Origin: Octopus vulgaris
Lineage: Eukaryota
Direction of reading: 5' to 3'
Length of the DNA stretch: 64,000 nucleotides
Assembly: GCA_951406725.2 (NCBI GenBank)
Contig: OX597827.1
Span: 30,008,001-30,072,000, forward strand
This document shows, one piece after another, positions 22,778 to 35,419 of this stretch. Below the pieces are notes generated by a model that was not told where the DNA came from, did not search any database, and was given only the letters and a program-made list of their open reading frames with translations. The first letter of the stretch is position 1, and each line of letters begins with the position of its first letter. A program made the position numbers and the translations under genes.

Positions 22778-24607
22778 TCACTTACTCATTTTAAAAGTTT
22801 CATTTTTTTCTTCTTCTTTTGTATCGTTTTTGATGAGGTGTTTATATAGTTTTTTCGACAGGTATCGTTGATACCCGCCTACCGCATTCGGAAATAATGT
22901 TTTCAGTATGTGGTGTTGTGCTTGTGTTATGTGTAAAATTCTGATGTGTTTCGGTGGTGTGGTGTGCGGATGGTTGTTTGTCTTAAAATCATCTTCACAG
23001 ACGACCATGTTAGATTTGATGTAGTCCATTAATTCTTTATTGTCTGTGTCTATTGCAGTTAGTTGTGTGTGTGGTTTTACGGGTTCATTACTTTTTTGAT
23101 TGTCTAGGGGAATGTTGTCCTGAGTGAGATATCTCCCTGCTTTAATTCCTTGTTTGGTGGATTTTTTGGATCTTTTTCTTTTACCCCCTGTGGCTATTTG
23201 CCATTCCGTCGAACTTTCGTCGTCCGAGGTATCAGTATGGGGTAGAGGAAAAAGAACAGGATCACTATGTATGCTTGTATAAATTGTTGATGTTTTGTGC
23301 GGTGTTTGTGTTGTTGTGGTGTTAGGGGTAGCATTTGTCTTCTCGTCAGTGTTTTCTGTCTTTTTAATTGTCGTCCTGGGTGTGGGTGTGGGTCGATTTT
23401 TTGAAGATTCAACAAGTTTAATTGGTTGTGACGTCAACGGTGATTGTGTTGGTACTGTTTTTCTTGGTGATGTTGTTGGGGTTTGTTGTTTTTCTTGGCG
23501 TTGTTCCATAATTGAGTGTGTTGGTGTTGGTGTTGGCAACAAAGGGATTTTATTTGTTTTCTGAATTGTTCTTTCTTGTTTTTTCTGTACCAGATCGCAC
23601 TTGGCAATCAAATGTTCGGGGCTGCCACATTTGTAGCATCTAGGCTTTTTGCCTTCTGCCATAACATATAGGCATTGCCCATTCTCCAAGTATATCTTGT
23701 CGGGTAGGCTCTCGATAGAGGCCCCCTCAATCTGGATGGTCACAACTACTGTTTTTCCACCCCAATTGTCGTTTAGGTACACGGCTGTTTCTAGAATATT
23801 GATCTTTTTCAAGTGGTAACAGATTGCCCCTGTTATCCATTTGTTCGGCATATCGGGGGGTACATTTCTGATAGTAATTCTACTCACCCTCTGGTTTTTA
23901 TAATAAGGGACCATGATGATTTCATCATTTCCCAGAGACTCAGTAGAGTGAGCTTTTGCCACTTCCTGGTTAGGGAAGCGGACCACTACTGTGTTAAACT
24001 GTGGACCCCAGTTTATATACTCTTTTTCTTTCATTATATTTTTTAAACATTTCTCCACATCAGTTTTTGTAATCTGTTCATTTGGTTTTTTGTTTTTTCT
24101 AATAATTTTATATACAATTGTCTTATTTTCAATTTCTTGTTTTATATGTTGAGGTGTATGCAGGACTAAATCTTGTCCACGGGTTGTAAAGAGAGCTCTT
24201 GTTTCTATGAGCTCTTCATTTGTGAATGTAACAATCTCCTTTTTCTGGCGAAGAATATCTGCGAAATTTACTGTTGTTGACTTTTTTGTATTAGCATCTT
24301 CACTATTAGATAGTTCATTTTTATTGTTGTTCTTGTTGTTGCTGTTGTTTTTGTCAATAGTTTTCGTTTCAGTTTTATTTTTATCATTTATGTTGGTCGT
24401 GGTAGTGGTGGTGGTGGTGGTGGAGGTGGTGGTGGTAGCAGTTGTTGTCTCGTGGTTGCTGTTGTTAGTGGTGGTGGTGGCGTTGGTGACAGGGCTGTTA
24501 ACGCACGTGGTTGCAGCGTTCCTTTCACCGAATTTCACGTTGGCATTTTCCGTGCGAACGTTCTTTTTTTTCTCTGTCGTTTCCAGACTAGGAAAATGTT
24601 GTTCCAA
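22778..24607 (-). CDS. ORF1: gag-like nucleic-acid chaperone with CCHC knuckle
   Basis: CYKCGSPEHLIAKC knuckle; lies directly upstream of ORF2. The ORF begins at TTG with no early in-frame ATG, so the start is uncertain. Confidence 0.85.
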   Translation of the reverse strand: MEQHFPSLETTEKKKNVRTENANVKFGERNAATTCVNSPVTNATTTTNNSNHETTTATTTTSTTTTTTTTTNINDKNKTETKTIDKNNSNNKNNNKNELSNSEDANTKKSTTVNFADILRQKKEIVTFTNEELIETRALFTTRGQDLVLHTPQHIKQEIENKTIVYKIIRKNKKPNEQITKTDVEKCLKNIMKEKEYINWGPQFNTVVVRFPNQEVAKAHSTESLGNDEIIMVPYYKNQRVSRITIRNVPPDMPNKWITGAICYHLKKINILETAVYLNDNWGGKTVVVTIQIEGASIESLPDKIYLENGQCLYVMAEGKKPRCYKCGSPEHLIAKCDLVQKKQERTIQKTNKIPLLPTPTPTHSIMEQRQEKQQTPTTSPRKTVPTQSPLTSQPIKLVESSKNRPTPTPRTTIKKTENTDEKTNATPNTTTTQTPHKTSTIYTSIHSDPVLFPLPHTDTSDDESSTEWQIATGGKRKRSKKSTKQGIKAGRYLTQDNIPLDNQKSNEPVKPHTQLTAIDTDNKELMDYIKSNMVVCEDDFKTNNHPHTTPPKHIRILHITQAQHHILKTLFPNAVGGYQRYLSKKLYKHLIKNDTKEEEKNETFKMSK

Positions 24608-24852
24608 AAAGAACGCGACCAGCGTTCAACAATAAAATTTCTAGACATTTTCTAATGTCGAGAAGAAAATAACAGAAATGAAATGGGGTCGAAACTGCCC
24701 CTAGGGGCGAATTCCTCCCTTGGCAAAGCACTCAAATGAAAGTTGGTTGCCTTACACACCTTATTTGCAAAAATCTACACAAAAATTGGCCTATAAATAG
24801 TCAAAATAAATGATTACCTTCGGAGCTGAAACGACATCACATCCGTCAATAG

Positions 24853-24946
<94 letters not shown>

Positions 24947-24951
24947 GTAGG

Positions 24952-25037
<86 letters not shown>

Positions 25038-25744
25038 TACATATATAGACATACATATATAGACACACCCACCTGCAGGTACGCCCGCCCGCGCGCACAA
25101 ACTTTAGCGTGGATCCAACCATAACCATTTTACAAATGATTCTTCTGTTTCCGAAATGACATCAAATACATTGACTCATCTTGTCCTCTCTGAATGATCA
25201 CAATACCTGTAGGCGGCTTCTTTTTGATTAATTCTTTCGAGAACACAATATTACAAGTATGGTGCCGTTAGATGTTCTCACATAATTCGGTCTTTAAGAA
25301 ACAAAACAAAGAGAATGTTCTACAGAGCCAATCAGGTGTGGTCTTCTTGAGCCGAAACCTACGTAAAACAGCAAAAGGAAGAAAAAAAGTACAACCGTAA
25401 TATCGACAAGGTTTTTTTTTATTTTATATCATTCTTTTCTTTCTGCAAACAATTAACATAAATTTATTGTTTAATCCAGTTACGGAGGAAGTCAGATTTC
25501 AAAAATTAAATAATTGTTGTAGTTGTTATTGTTTGTTTTTAATTAAAACAAAACATTAAATGTTGTGCATTATTTTTATAATTTAGCATGGCATATTGTT
25601 GAAAGCAAATGTGGGACTCTAGTTCAAATTTCGAGTGAAAATGATTATCATTGTGAGAAGGACTCAACAATGAACAGAACAGAGAAACGTTCTCAGTGTG
25701 CAGCTTCGGTGAGATTTCGAAAACTTTAAAGAATAATACCAAAG

Positions 25745-25864
25745 ATGTTGAGGCACAAACATTTAACATTGCAGTTAGCAACCTTTCTTCTAATGGCGGG
25801 GTTTGCAACGTCAAACATAGAATATGGAGACAGTTTGCAAACAAAAACAAAAAGCATTTGTGAA
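25745..25864 (+). CDS. Exon 1 (signal peptide) of giant secreted LPMO-like mucin gene
   Basis: MLRHKHLTLQLATFLLMAGFATSNIEYGDSLQTKTKSICE then GTAAGT. The phase-0 donor matches the phase-0 acceptor at 26676. Confidence 0.75.
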
Positions 25865-25900
25865 GTAAGTACATTTTAGTGATTTGATTGATATTATTAC

Positions 25901-25949
<49 letters not shown>

Positions 25950-26220
25950 TTGGTTTGGCTCAGGTTTAGTCTTATTCGTGGTAGGATTTATGTGGGTAGC
26001 GGGTTACTGCCTGTAACCTAAGGTATCAACAAGTGCTTAGAACTTTGCTGATAATCTACGCTATCCTTAAGAGGCAAACTTTCTGTGGGAGCTCTACAGG
26101 GCTTTCTATTCCAGCCTACTTCAGCCATTTGTCTATATCTTGGCTTACTATTCCCAACACACCAATTATTATAGGCACAACCTTTACTGTCCTCATGCTC
26201 CAAATTCTCCCTATTTCAAA
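25950..26220 (-). pseudogene. 3' fragment of an R4/Dong-like RLE LINE next to (TTA)n
   Basis: Minus frame LKFEIGRIWSMRTVKVVPIIIGVLG..QKVCLL resembles the C-terminus of the 30186-31394 ORF. Confidence 0.65.
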
Positions 26221-26351
26221 TTTTGAGGGATTGCATTCTTTTATTTTGTTTTTGTTTTTCTTTCTATTTCTTTACGATCCTGGAATCAAACGAGCAAGAT
26301 GGGTTGATAAGTAAGCAACTTCGCTTTTCCTTTATTATTATCATTATTATT

Positions 26352-26478
26352 ATTCAGTAGTCTTGTTTTTATCACGTGCTTTCACGGCACTACCGAGCGC
26401 AGCTCTGTGTGCCTTGGGTATGTGCCGTGGTTTGTTGAGATGCTCTTATTTTTACTGTATTGAAAGTGTTTTGCGTAG
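26352..26478 (-). mobile_element. 3' tail of the R4/Dong-like family at 27843 and 30188
   Basis: ttcagtag..cactaccgagcgcagctctgtgtgccttgggtatgtg matches 27843-27920; abuts (TTA)n. Confidence 0.75.
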
Positions 26479-26675
26479 GGCTTCTTTCAGTTTCTATCTT
26501 CCAAATCTACTCACAAGGTTTTCGTCGGCCCGAGGCTATAATAGAAGCTTGCCCAAGCAACCATGTAGACACTCACGCTGGATTGTCCATGAAATTGTTA
26601 AACAACAGGACGTAAATTTTTTTTAAATATTTGCATTTTCGTAATTTTTTCTTTTTTCTTTCCCCCTTTTCTCAG

Positions 26676-26964
26676 ATATTCTCCAACCAAACTTTGTTAC
26701 AAAGGAACGTCTCTATAATATACTCAAATAAAATGAATAACTTGACAGTATATTTTCAAATGAAAAACCCAGCAAGGTTCAGTGTAGATTTATACATCTG
26801 TCCTCGATCCGACAACCATAGAGCGGCAACACATGAGTGTCTGTCAAAAAGGAAACTGGAACAAATATTAGTGAGCTCCAACTCTTCAACAGTGATGGTC
26901 CTTGCGAAAATTCCGAAGGATCTCAGCTGTTCATATTGTGTGTTACAGTGGATCCTGACACAAT
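26676..26964 (+). CDS. Exon 2: degenerate chitin-binding type-4 / AA15 LPMO-like domain
   Basis: Polypyrimidine-CAG acceptor and T|GTAAGT phase-1 donor. VDLYICP..AATHECL..KIPKDLSCSYCVLQW resembles the AA15 consensus FxLCP..TQEC..LPxxLTCxxCVLQW (recalled, not searched). Confidence 0.75.
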
Positions 26965-27034
26965 GTAAGTTCCTGTTGTATTTTCACTATTTGTCTTGTC
27001 TTCGGCTCCTGTAGTCGATAAAGAAATTATTATA

Positions 27035-27096
<62 letters not shown>

Positions 27097-27165
27097 TAAT
27101 ATTATTATTACTATTATTATTATTAGTACTATTAATATTATTATTACTATTATTATTATTAGTAC

Positions 27166-27201
<36 letters not shown>

Positions 27202-27244
27202 TATTATTATTATTATTATTACTATTGTTGTTGTTGTTGTTGTT

Positions 27245-27710
27245 GAGCAAGAGAGCAGCGCATGCCATCAAAGTGACACGAGTACAAATATACAAAACCC
27301 AGTATATCAATTATGACTACCCGTCTGATAAGGATACACTAGGCACATGCATCACAACCATATGTGCGTAACATGGTGATCTCATATCAAGATAAACAGC
27401 ACAGGACCTTGCAGGTGGGGCCCAGTTAGAATTTTCTTCTGGTCGAGTGACCCATCCCGCTCAAAAGGTCCCTTGTTTAAGGATGTTGAACGAAACACCC
27501 ATATTTCCGGGGGTGAACTATTCAAACCCCAAAGAATCCCTCTCAACACATGGCTACTTCTGTTCGTGATCGGAGATGCACATATCGTCAGCCACTAAGG
27601 AACATGCTCGACTGGTTAAGGTCAAACAACTGACAAGCAAATCTGTGGTATTGAGCAGAATATTTGCTGTCGCCCATCTTTTATACCAAGACAAAATGTA
27701 CTGCCAATCA
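27245..27710. mobile_element. Interspersed repeat between (TTA)/(TTG) microsatellites, unclassified
   Basis: GC-richer island bounded by trinucleotide repeats; no ORF. Confidence 0.35.
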
Positions 27711-27778
<68 letters not shown>

Positions 27779-27842
27779 CATTATTATTATTATTATCAAT
27801 ATTGTTATTATTATTATTATTATTAATATCATTATTATTATT

Positions 27843-30035
27843 ATTCAGTAGTTTTATTTTTTATAGCGTGCTTTTACTTCACTACCGAGCCTAGCTCTGT
27901 GTGCCTTGGGTATGTGCTGTGATTTGTTGTGATGCTCTGATGGTTATTGTGTGGAAAGTGTTCTGCGTAGGATGTGTGCAGTGCCTAGTAGTGCAATTTT
28001 CTGTATGTTATATGTGTTTGTAAGTCCTGGTGTTTTTGTTATGTATTTGTCTGAATATATTTTTTTTATCATGCCTAATGCAACTACTATGATAGGAATT
28101 GTTTCTGTTTTTAGATTCCACATACTGGTTACCTCTATTTCCAGGTCTTTGTATTTTGAAAGTTTCTCCATTTCTTTTATAGACACGTTGTCATCTGCCG
28201 GTATTAATACATCAATTAGAAAGCATTTTTTTTCTTCATGATGTCTGACAACTATATCTGGTCTGTTGGCCTTAATTTCTCCATCTGTGTGTATCGGCAT
28301 ATCCCAGAGTATGGTTGCTTTCTCGTTTTCTGTGACCTTTTCTGGTGTGTGCCTATACCATCTTTTTTCTGTTATTCCATAATGTTGGCATAGCTTCCAG
28401 TGTATGTAGGTTCCAACTCTGTCATGTCTGTGAATATATTCCTTCTTAGCCAGGACTGGGCAGCCAGAGATAATATGATTTATTGTTTCTTGTCCATCTC
28501 CACATATTCTGCAGTTACTTGTTATATTTCTTTTCATTACATGTTTTTGGTAATTTCTGGTGGGGAGGCTTTGGTCTTGTGCTGCAATTAAAAATCCCTC
28601 TGTCTCTGCTTTGAGTCCTGAGCTTCTCAACCATTGCTGGGATTTTTCTTTGTCTATTTCTTTTGCATTTAGTTTAGTCCAGTATTTACCATGAAGGGGT
28701 TTTTCTTGCCATCTTTTTATCATGGTTCTTTGCTGTTCTAGTTTTAGTTTGGATTTCATTTGTTTTATAGCTTTTGTTGTTTCTTCATCTTCTTCTTCTT
28801 CTTCTTCTTTATATTTGTTAGATGGTATGATTTCTTGTTTGTATTTGTCAGCTTCCTTAAATACTGAGAACAGTTTTTTTGTTTTGCTCGTGTTTTGCCG
28901 CTATTTGGATCAGTTTTCCTTCCTTCTGAAGTAGATATTTTTGCAGTCCTATGGTGGTTATTTTATAGTAGTTTTCCAGCTGTATAAGGCCTCTACCACC
29001 TTCTATACGTTGTATATATAGTCTTTCTATGTCAGATTTTGGGTGATGCATCCTAGATCCTGTCAGTATTTTTCTTGTTTTCCTATCTATTTTGGTCAGT
29101 TCATTTAGTGTCCAGTTAAGGATATTGTAGCTGTAACTTATAACTGGGACTGCTAAATTGTTAATACCTATTATCTTGTTTTTAGCATTGAGCTCTGTTT
29201 TTAGTATTGATTTAACTCGTCTATAATATTCTTTTTTTATTTTCTCTTTCATTTGTGTGTGTTGTGTCTTATCTAGTTCATGGATTCCTAAGTATTTGTA
29301 AGTTTGGCTTTGGTCTAATTCTTTTATTTCATTGGTTTTATCTAGTGTGATGTTGCTACTCTTAACTAGTTTTCCTCTTTTCATGGTTACTTTGGCGCAT
29401 TTTTCTAATCCAGTTTTCATATCTATTTCTTTGGTAAACCCATGAACTGTCTTTAATAGTGTTTCCAGCTGTTTGTCATTTGCAGCGTATAGTTTTAGGT
29501 CATCCATATATAAAAGGTGGCTGATCGTTTTGCCGTAACATTTATATCCGCATCCAGTTCTATTTAGCATATCAGATAGAGGTGACAGTGCCAAGCAGAA
29601 AAGGAGTGGAGAGAGCGTGTCTCCCTGGAATATTCCTCTTCTAATGGGGATGGCTTTGGTTTTCATGAGTCCCTCTTTTGTTTGGAGCTGTAGCACTGTT
29701 TGACATTTATTCATAGAGTGCCCTATAAATTTTATAATTGTTGGTGCTACTTTGTTAATGGCTAGTGTTTCGAGGATCCATGTGTGGGGGATGCTATCAA
29801 ACGCCTTTTTGTAGTCGGTCCAGGCCATACTGAGGCCTTTCTTCTTTCTGTGGCTGTCTTCAGCTATGGCTTTATTGATCATTAGTTGATCTTTACAGCC
29901 GTATGAACTTTTGCGGCATCCTTTCTGTTCTTCTGGAAACAGGTTGTTTTCGTCTAGGTGCTTGTTCAACATTTGCGATATCACTGCAGTAAATGCCTTG
30001 TACATCGTAGGGAGACAGGTTATTGGTCTATAGTT
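27843..30035 (-). mobile_element. 5'-truncated R4/Dong-like LINE (RT, CCHC, RLE), copy A, in (TAA)n
   Basis: EQKGC, DYKKAFDS, GIFQGDTLSP, YMDD; CRICG..ETINHIISGC, RHD, RPDIV..D, KxxKY. One frameshift in a homopolymer near 28875. Confidence 0.9.
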
Positions 30036-30116
30036 TTTTATTATTATTGGTCTGTAGTTTTCTTATTATTATTATTATTATTATTAGTTTTCTTCTTCTT
30101 CTTCTTCTTCTTCTTC

Positions 30117-30187
<71 letters not shown>

Positions 30188-30193
<6 letters not shown>

Positions 30194-32380
30194 TAGTTTT
30201 ATTTTTATAGCGTGCTTTCACTTCACTACCGAGCACAGCTCTGTGTGCCTTGGGTATGTGCTGTGATTTGTTGTGATGCTCTGATGGAAATTGTATGGAA
30301 AGTGTTCTGCGTAGGATGTGTGCAGTGCCTAGTAGTGCAATTTTCTGTATGTTATATGTGTTTGTAAGTCCTGGTGTTTTTGTTATGTATTTGTCTGAAT
30401 ATTTTTTTATCATGCCTAATGCACCTACTATGATAGGAATTGTTTCTGTTTTCAGATTCCACATTCTAGTTACCTCTATTTCCAGGTCTTTGTATTTTGA
30501 GAGTTTCTCCATTTCTTTTAGAGACACGTTGTCATCAGCCGGTATTGATACATCAATTACAAAGCAATTTTTTTCTTCATGATCTCTGACAACTATATCT
30601 GGTCTGTTGGCCTTAATTTCTCTATCTGTGTGTATCGGCATGTCCCAGAGTATGGTTGCTTTCTCGTTTTCTGTGACCTTTTCTGGTGTGTGCCTATACC
30701 ATCTTTTTTCTGTTGTTATTCCATAATGTTGGCATAGCTTCCAATGTATGTAGGTTCCAACTCTGTCATGTCTGTGAATATATTCCTTCTTAGCCAAGAC
30801 TGGGCAGCCAGAGATAATATGATTTATTGTTTCTTGTCCATCTCCACATATTCTGCAGTTACTTGTTATATTTCTTTTCATTACATGTTTTTGGTAATTT
30901 CTGGTGGGGAGGCTTTGGTCTTGTGCTGCAATTAAAAATCCCTCTGTCTCTGCTTTGAGTCCTGAGCTTCTCAACCATTGCTGGGATTTTTCTTTGTCTA
31001 TTTCTTTTGCATTTAGTTTAGTCCAGTATTTACCATGAAGGGGTTTTTCTTGCCATCTTTTTATCATGGTTCTTTGCTGTTCTAGTTTTAGTTTGGATTT
31101 CATTTGTTTTATAGCTTTTGTTGTTTCTTCATCTTCTTCTTCTTCTTCTTCTTTATATTTGTTAGATGGTATGATTTCTTGTTTGTATTTGTCAGCTTCC
31201 TTAAATACTGAGAACAGTTTTTTGTTTTGCTCGTGTTTTGCCGCTATCTGGATCAGTTTTCCTTCCTTCTGAAGTAGATATTTTTGCAGTCCTATGGTGG
31301 TTATTTTATAGTAGTTTTCCAGCTGTATAAGGCCTCTACCACCTTCTATACGTTGTATATATAGTCTTTCTATGTCAGATTTTGGGTGATGCATCCTAGA
31401 TCCTGTCAGTATTTTTCTTGTTTTCCTATCTATTTTGGTCAGTTCATTTAGTGTCCAGTTAAGGATATTGTAGCTGTAACTTATAACTGGGACTGCTAAA
31501 TTGTTAATACCTATTATCTTGTTTTTAGCATTGAGCTCTGTTTTTAGTATTGATTTAACTCGTCTATAATATTCTTTTTTTTATTTTCTCTTTCATTTGT
31601 GTGTGTTGTGTCTTATCTAGTTCATGGATTCCTAAGTATTTGTAAGTTTGGCTTTGGTCTAATTCTTTTATTTCATTGGTTTTATCTAGTGTGATGCTGC
31701 TACTCTTAACTAGTTTTCCTCTTTTCATGGTTACTTTGGCGCATTTTTCTAATCCAGTTTTCATATCTATTTCTTTGGTAAACCCATGAACTGTCTTTAA
31801 TAGTGTTTCCAGCTGTTTGTCATTTGCAGCGTATAGTTTTAGGTCATCCATATATAAAAGGTGGCTGATCGTTTTGCCGTAACATTTATATCCGCATCCA
31901 GTTCTATTTAGCATATCAGATAGAGGTGACAGTGCCAAGCAGAAAAGGAGTGGAGAGAGCGTGTCTCCCTGGAATATTCCTCTTCTAATGGGGATGGCTT
32001 TGGTTTTCATGAGTCCCTCTTTTGTTTGGAGCTGTAGCACTGTTTGACATTTATTCATAGAGTGCCCTATAAATTTTATAATTGTTGGTGCTACTTTGTT
32101 AATGGCTAGTGTTTCGAGGATCCATGTGTGGGGGATGCTATCAAACGCCTTTTTGTAGTCGGTCCAGGCCATACTGAGGCCTTTCTTCTTTCTGTGGCTG
32201 TCTTCAGCTATGGCTTTATTGATCATTAGTTGATCTTTACAGCCGTATGAACTTTTGCGGCATCCTTTCTGTTCTTCTGGAAACAGGTTGTTTTCGTCTA
32301 GGTGCTTGTTCAACATTTGCGATATCACTGCAGTAAATGCCTTGTACATCGTAGGGAGACAGGTTATTGGTCTATAGTTT
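30188..32380 (-). mobile_element. 5'-truncated R4/Dong-like LINE, copy B (tandem near-duplicate of copy A)
   Basis: Same domains and identical truncation point and flank. Frameshift in a T-run near 31575. Confidence 0.9.
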
Positions 32381-32438
32381 TTTATTATTATTGGTCTGTA
32401 GTTTTCTTCTTCTTATTATTATTATTATTAGTTTTCTT

Positions 32439-32522
<84 letters not shown>

Positions 32523-32523
<1 letters not shown>

Positions 32524-35100
32524 GAAAGCTCAGCTTATTTTGCTGGGTATGATGGAAAGTGTCGGCTGTCCACAGCCACCAGGCTAAGGTGACACTTGTT
32601 TACTGATCATGCTTCAAGAACCCCGCGAAGGATTCTTGCAGTTCCAAGCAATTCTGATTTTTGTAGGTGTTTTACCTTCAGAACACTTGCACCAATCTTT
32701 TTCAGCCATGTTGGTAGTTGAGTGCTGATACTTCCAAGTGCACCAGTTACTATTGGTATCACGTCTACTCTCTTCATTGATTATAATCTTCGTATTTCCA
32801 ACTTCAAATAGTCATAGTTGTTTATTTTTCTTCTTTCACATTGATCCTGTCGTCACCGGGGCATACTATGTCGATTATATTTCTCTTTTATTCACCGCAA
32901 CAATATCCGGTTTCTGGTTGGATGATTGCACTGGATCATTACATCACACAGGATTTTGCAGTTTTCATTTTCGGTGACTCATTTTGGGCTTTGTTCATAC
33001 CACGTCTTTGCTATTTGTAGGCCGTGATTTCCACAGAGCTCCCAATTTTCAGTTTTAATGACGCCTCCCTTCTTCGTGTATTTCAACAGTGGATCCACGG
33101 CACTTTTTATATACCACCCTAAGCTGTTTTCCCACCCTTTCTTCTGGACAAGCACAGCCTATTGGTATCACTCTTAAAGTAGAAGGTTCCGTGTACTGTC
33201 AACATTTTTCTGGTCTTGGTATCCATTTTCTTCATTTCTTTTTTTTTTTTGCCATTTTATAATTCCCCCTCCATACCGAAGTGATGCTATCGCCCATGTA
33301 TTAAGTGCTTGGCTTTTATTCCATCCAGTCAATTTTGAGCGCAACACTAACCTCAGTCTTCGGAAATACTCCATCCTCAGTTACTCTTTCATTTCCTTTT
33401 CCATTTTCTCGTTGAACTCTAGTGCACCGAGGTATTTGTATGCTTCCGTTTCAATTTGTTTAATGAGGTCTCTGTTCGATAATTCCATCCCTGGTAAGGA
33501 CTGTACCTTGTCTCTTTTTAGGTAGATTATTCGGCACTTCTTGAGTCCAAATTCCATTCTAATATCAGTACTAAAAACGAAGTGAACCGTGTTCACCAAG
33601 GAACTCACTTGAGTCTCATCTTTGTCATACAGTTTCAAATCATTCATGAAGAGGAGGCGGTAGATTGTTTGGGGTTTTCCCTTTAGTTGGTACCCCATGT
33701 TCATTTTCCTAAGTACCAAGTACTAAGTATCAAGCAGAGAACAAAAAGCAACGGAAATAGGCTATCACCCAAGAAAATCTCTCTTCTGATACCCACGGTG
33801 CCCAAGCTTTTTCCGTAAGATATCAGTTCAGTTTTCCATCCCACCATACTTCTCTTGGGGAAATCCGTCACATTCCTCGAAGTTCCAAACCGATCTAAGC
33901 ACTCAATGATCCACGAATGTGGAATCATACAAGCTTTACGTTAGTCAATCCAGGCCACTCCCGGATTTGTTCTTTGTTTACAATCTTGCATCAATTTTGT
34001 CTATCAATTGTTGATCTTCGGTACCTCTGCATCTCCCTCTACAGCCTTTTCGTTCGGGCGGTAATATATCGTTCTCATTGAGAAATTTATGCAGTTCTTC
34101 TGCAATTCCTTCTGACAGAAAATCCACATTGGTCTATAATTGTCAGCAGCATTTCCCTTCGATGCATCCTTCAGGCACAACACCACTCGACACTTTGTCA
34201 ACCAGCCCGGGATTTCTTCTTCTCCTTTGATCAATGCATTAAATTGTTCAGCGATCAATTTATGGCAACTATTGAACTTTTTTATTCGAAATCCCTGTAC
34301 ACCATCAGGTTCTTCTGCTTTCCAGTTGCTTATCTTTTTACTCATATTTCTCATACTCTCTTCTGTGAAGTGGGTAGCCTCTTGCTGGGGATAAGAAGCT
34401 GTTTGTTTCAGGATGTAGAGTCATTCAGCTGTAGTATTATGTTGTTCTTGCTTACTCCATATCTTACCCCAAAAAAGTCGACTTTCATTAGCGTCAGGGA
34501 CTAGTTTTTCACGTTTTTATCATCATTGATCTGTTGGTAAAATCTTTTTTGGTCGGTTCTAAACAATCTGTTTTGCTGGTATCGTTAAATCTGTTGTTAA
34601 GACCTAGTTAGCTTCGCTTTTTGTTTTCTTTTTGCATGTATGCGCTGCTTCAGTTCTTCAGTTATAGCATTTAGGCCTTTTGTATCTACACCATACTTCT
34701 TCCTCACTTTTTCGAATTTCCATTTCTTTTTCCTGACAAATACTGTTCAAGGAGTTCATATCTTCAGAAATTCTCCTTTTCCACCACAGTTGTTTATTTC
34801 CTCTTCTATCCGTCGTTGTTCTATTCTCAGTAGTTCACAGGCCCATCCTTTCCACCAAAATATTACAAGCAGCCCTGATAAGATTATTTGTGTGATGTTC
34901 TTTGTTTCAATGTGTCTCAATACATTATTGACTTTATTCATCTCTTGATTTAGTCTCCATTGGTTAGCTGTCTTCAAGTCGCACATAAATTCTGTCCCTT
35001 CTGTATTTAATAGATCTAAAATTTTATCTATCATTAATCAACCTTCATTGTTTGAATAGTCACTGATCTCAATTCTTTCCCAATTCACGATATTATAATC
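32523..35100 (-). pseudogene. Older degenerate R4-like LINE (different family)
   Basis: NWKAEEPDGVQGF, NYRP, IPHSWIIECL, IFLGDSLFPLLF, LLFMNDLKLY, YKYLG. Many stops and frameshifts; bounded by (TTA)n and (TTG)n. Confidence 0.8.
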
Positions 35101-35135
35101 TTGCGAACAATTGTCTATCTATTATTATTATTATT

Positions 35136-35174
<39 letters not shown>

Positions 35175-35196
35175 GCTGCTGCTGCTGTTGTTGTTG

Positions 35197-35235
<39 letters not shown>

Positions 35236-35265
35236 TTGTTGTTGTTGTTGTTGTTATTATTATTA

Positions 35266-35301
<36 letters not shown>

Positions 35302-35419
35302 TATTACTTACTATTATTATTATTATTATTTATTATTATTTTTATTTTTTTATTTTTTTTATTATTATTTTTTATTATTATTATTATTATTATTATCATA
35401 GTTATTATTTTCATATGCA

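Larger units (their letters stand above)
18969..24850 (-). mobile_element. Near full-length Tx1/L1-clade non-LTR retrotransposon inserted in (GATA)n
   Basis: Two long ORFs in tandem. The 3' end has a tagcc-ctgtgt-ggcta hairpin plus AATAAA abutting (TATC)n, and the 5' end also abuts (TATC)n. Confidence 0.9.
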
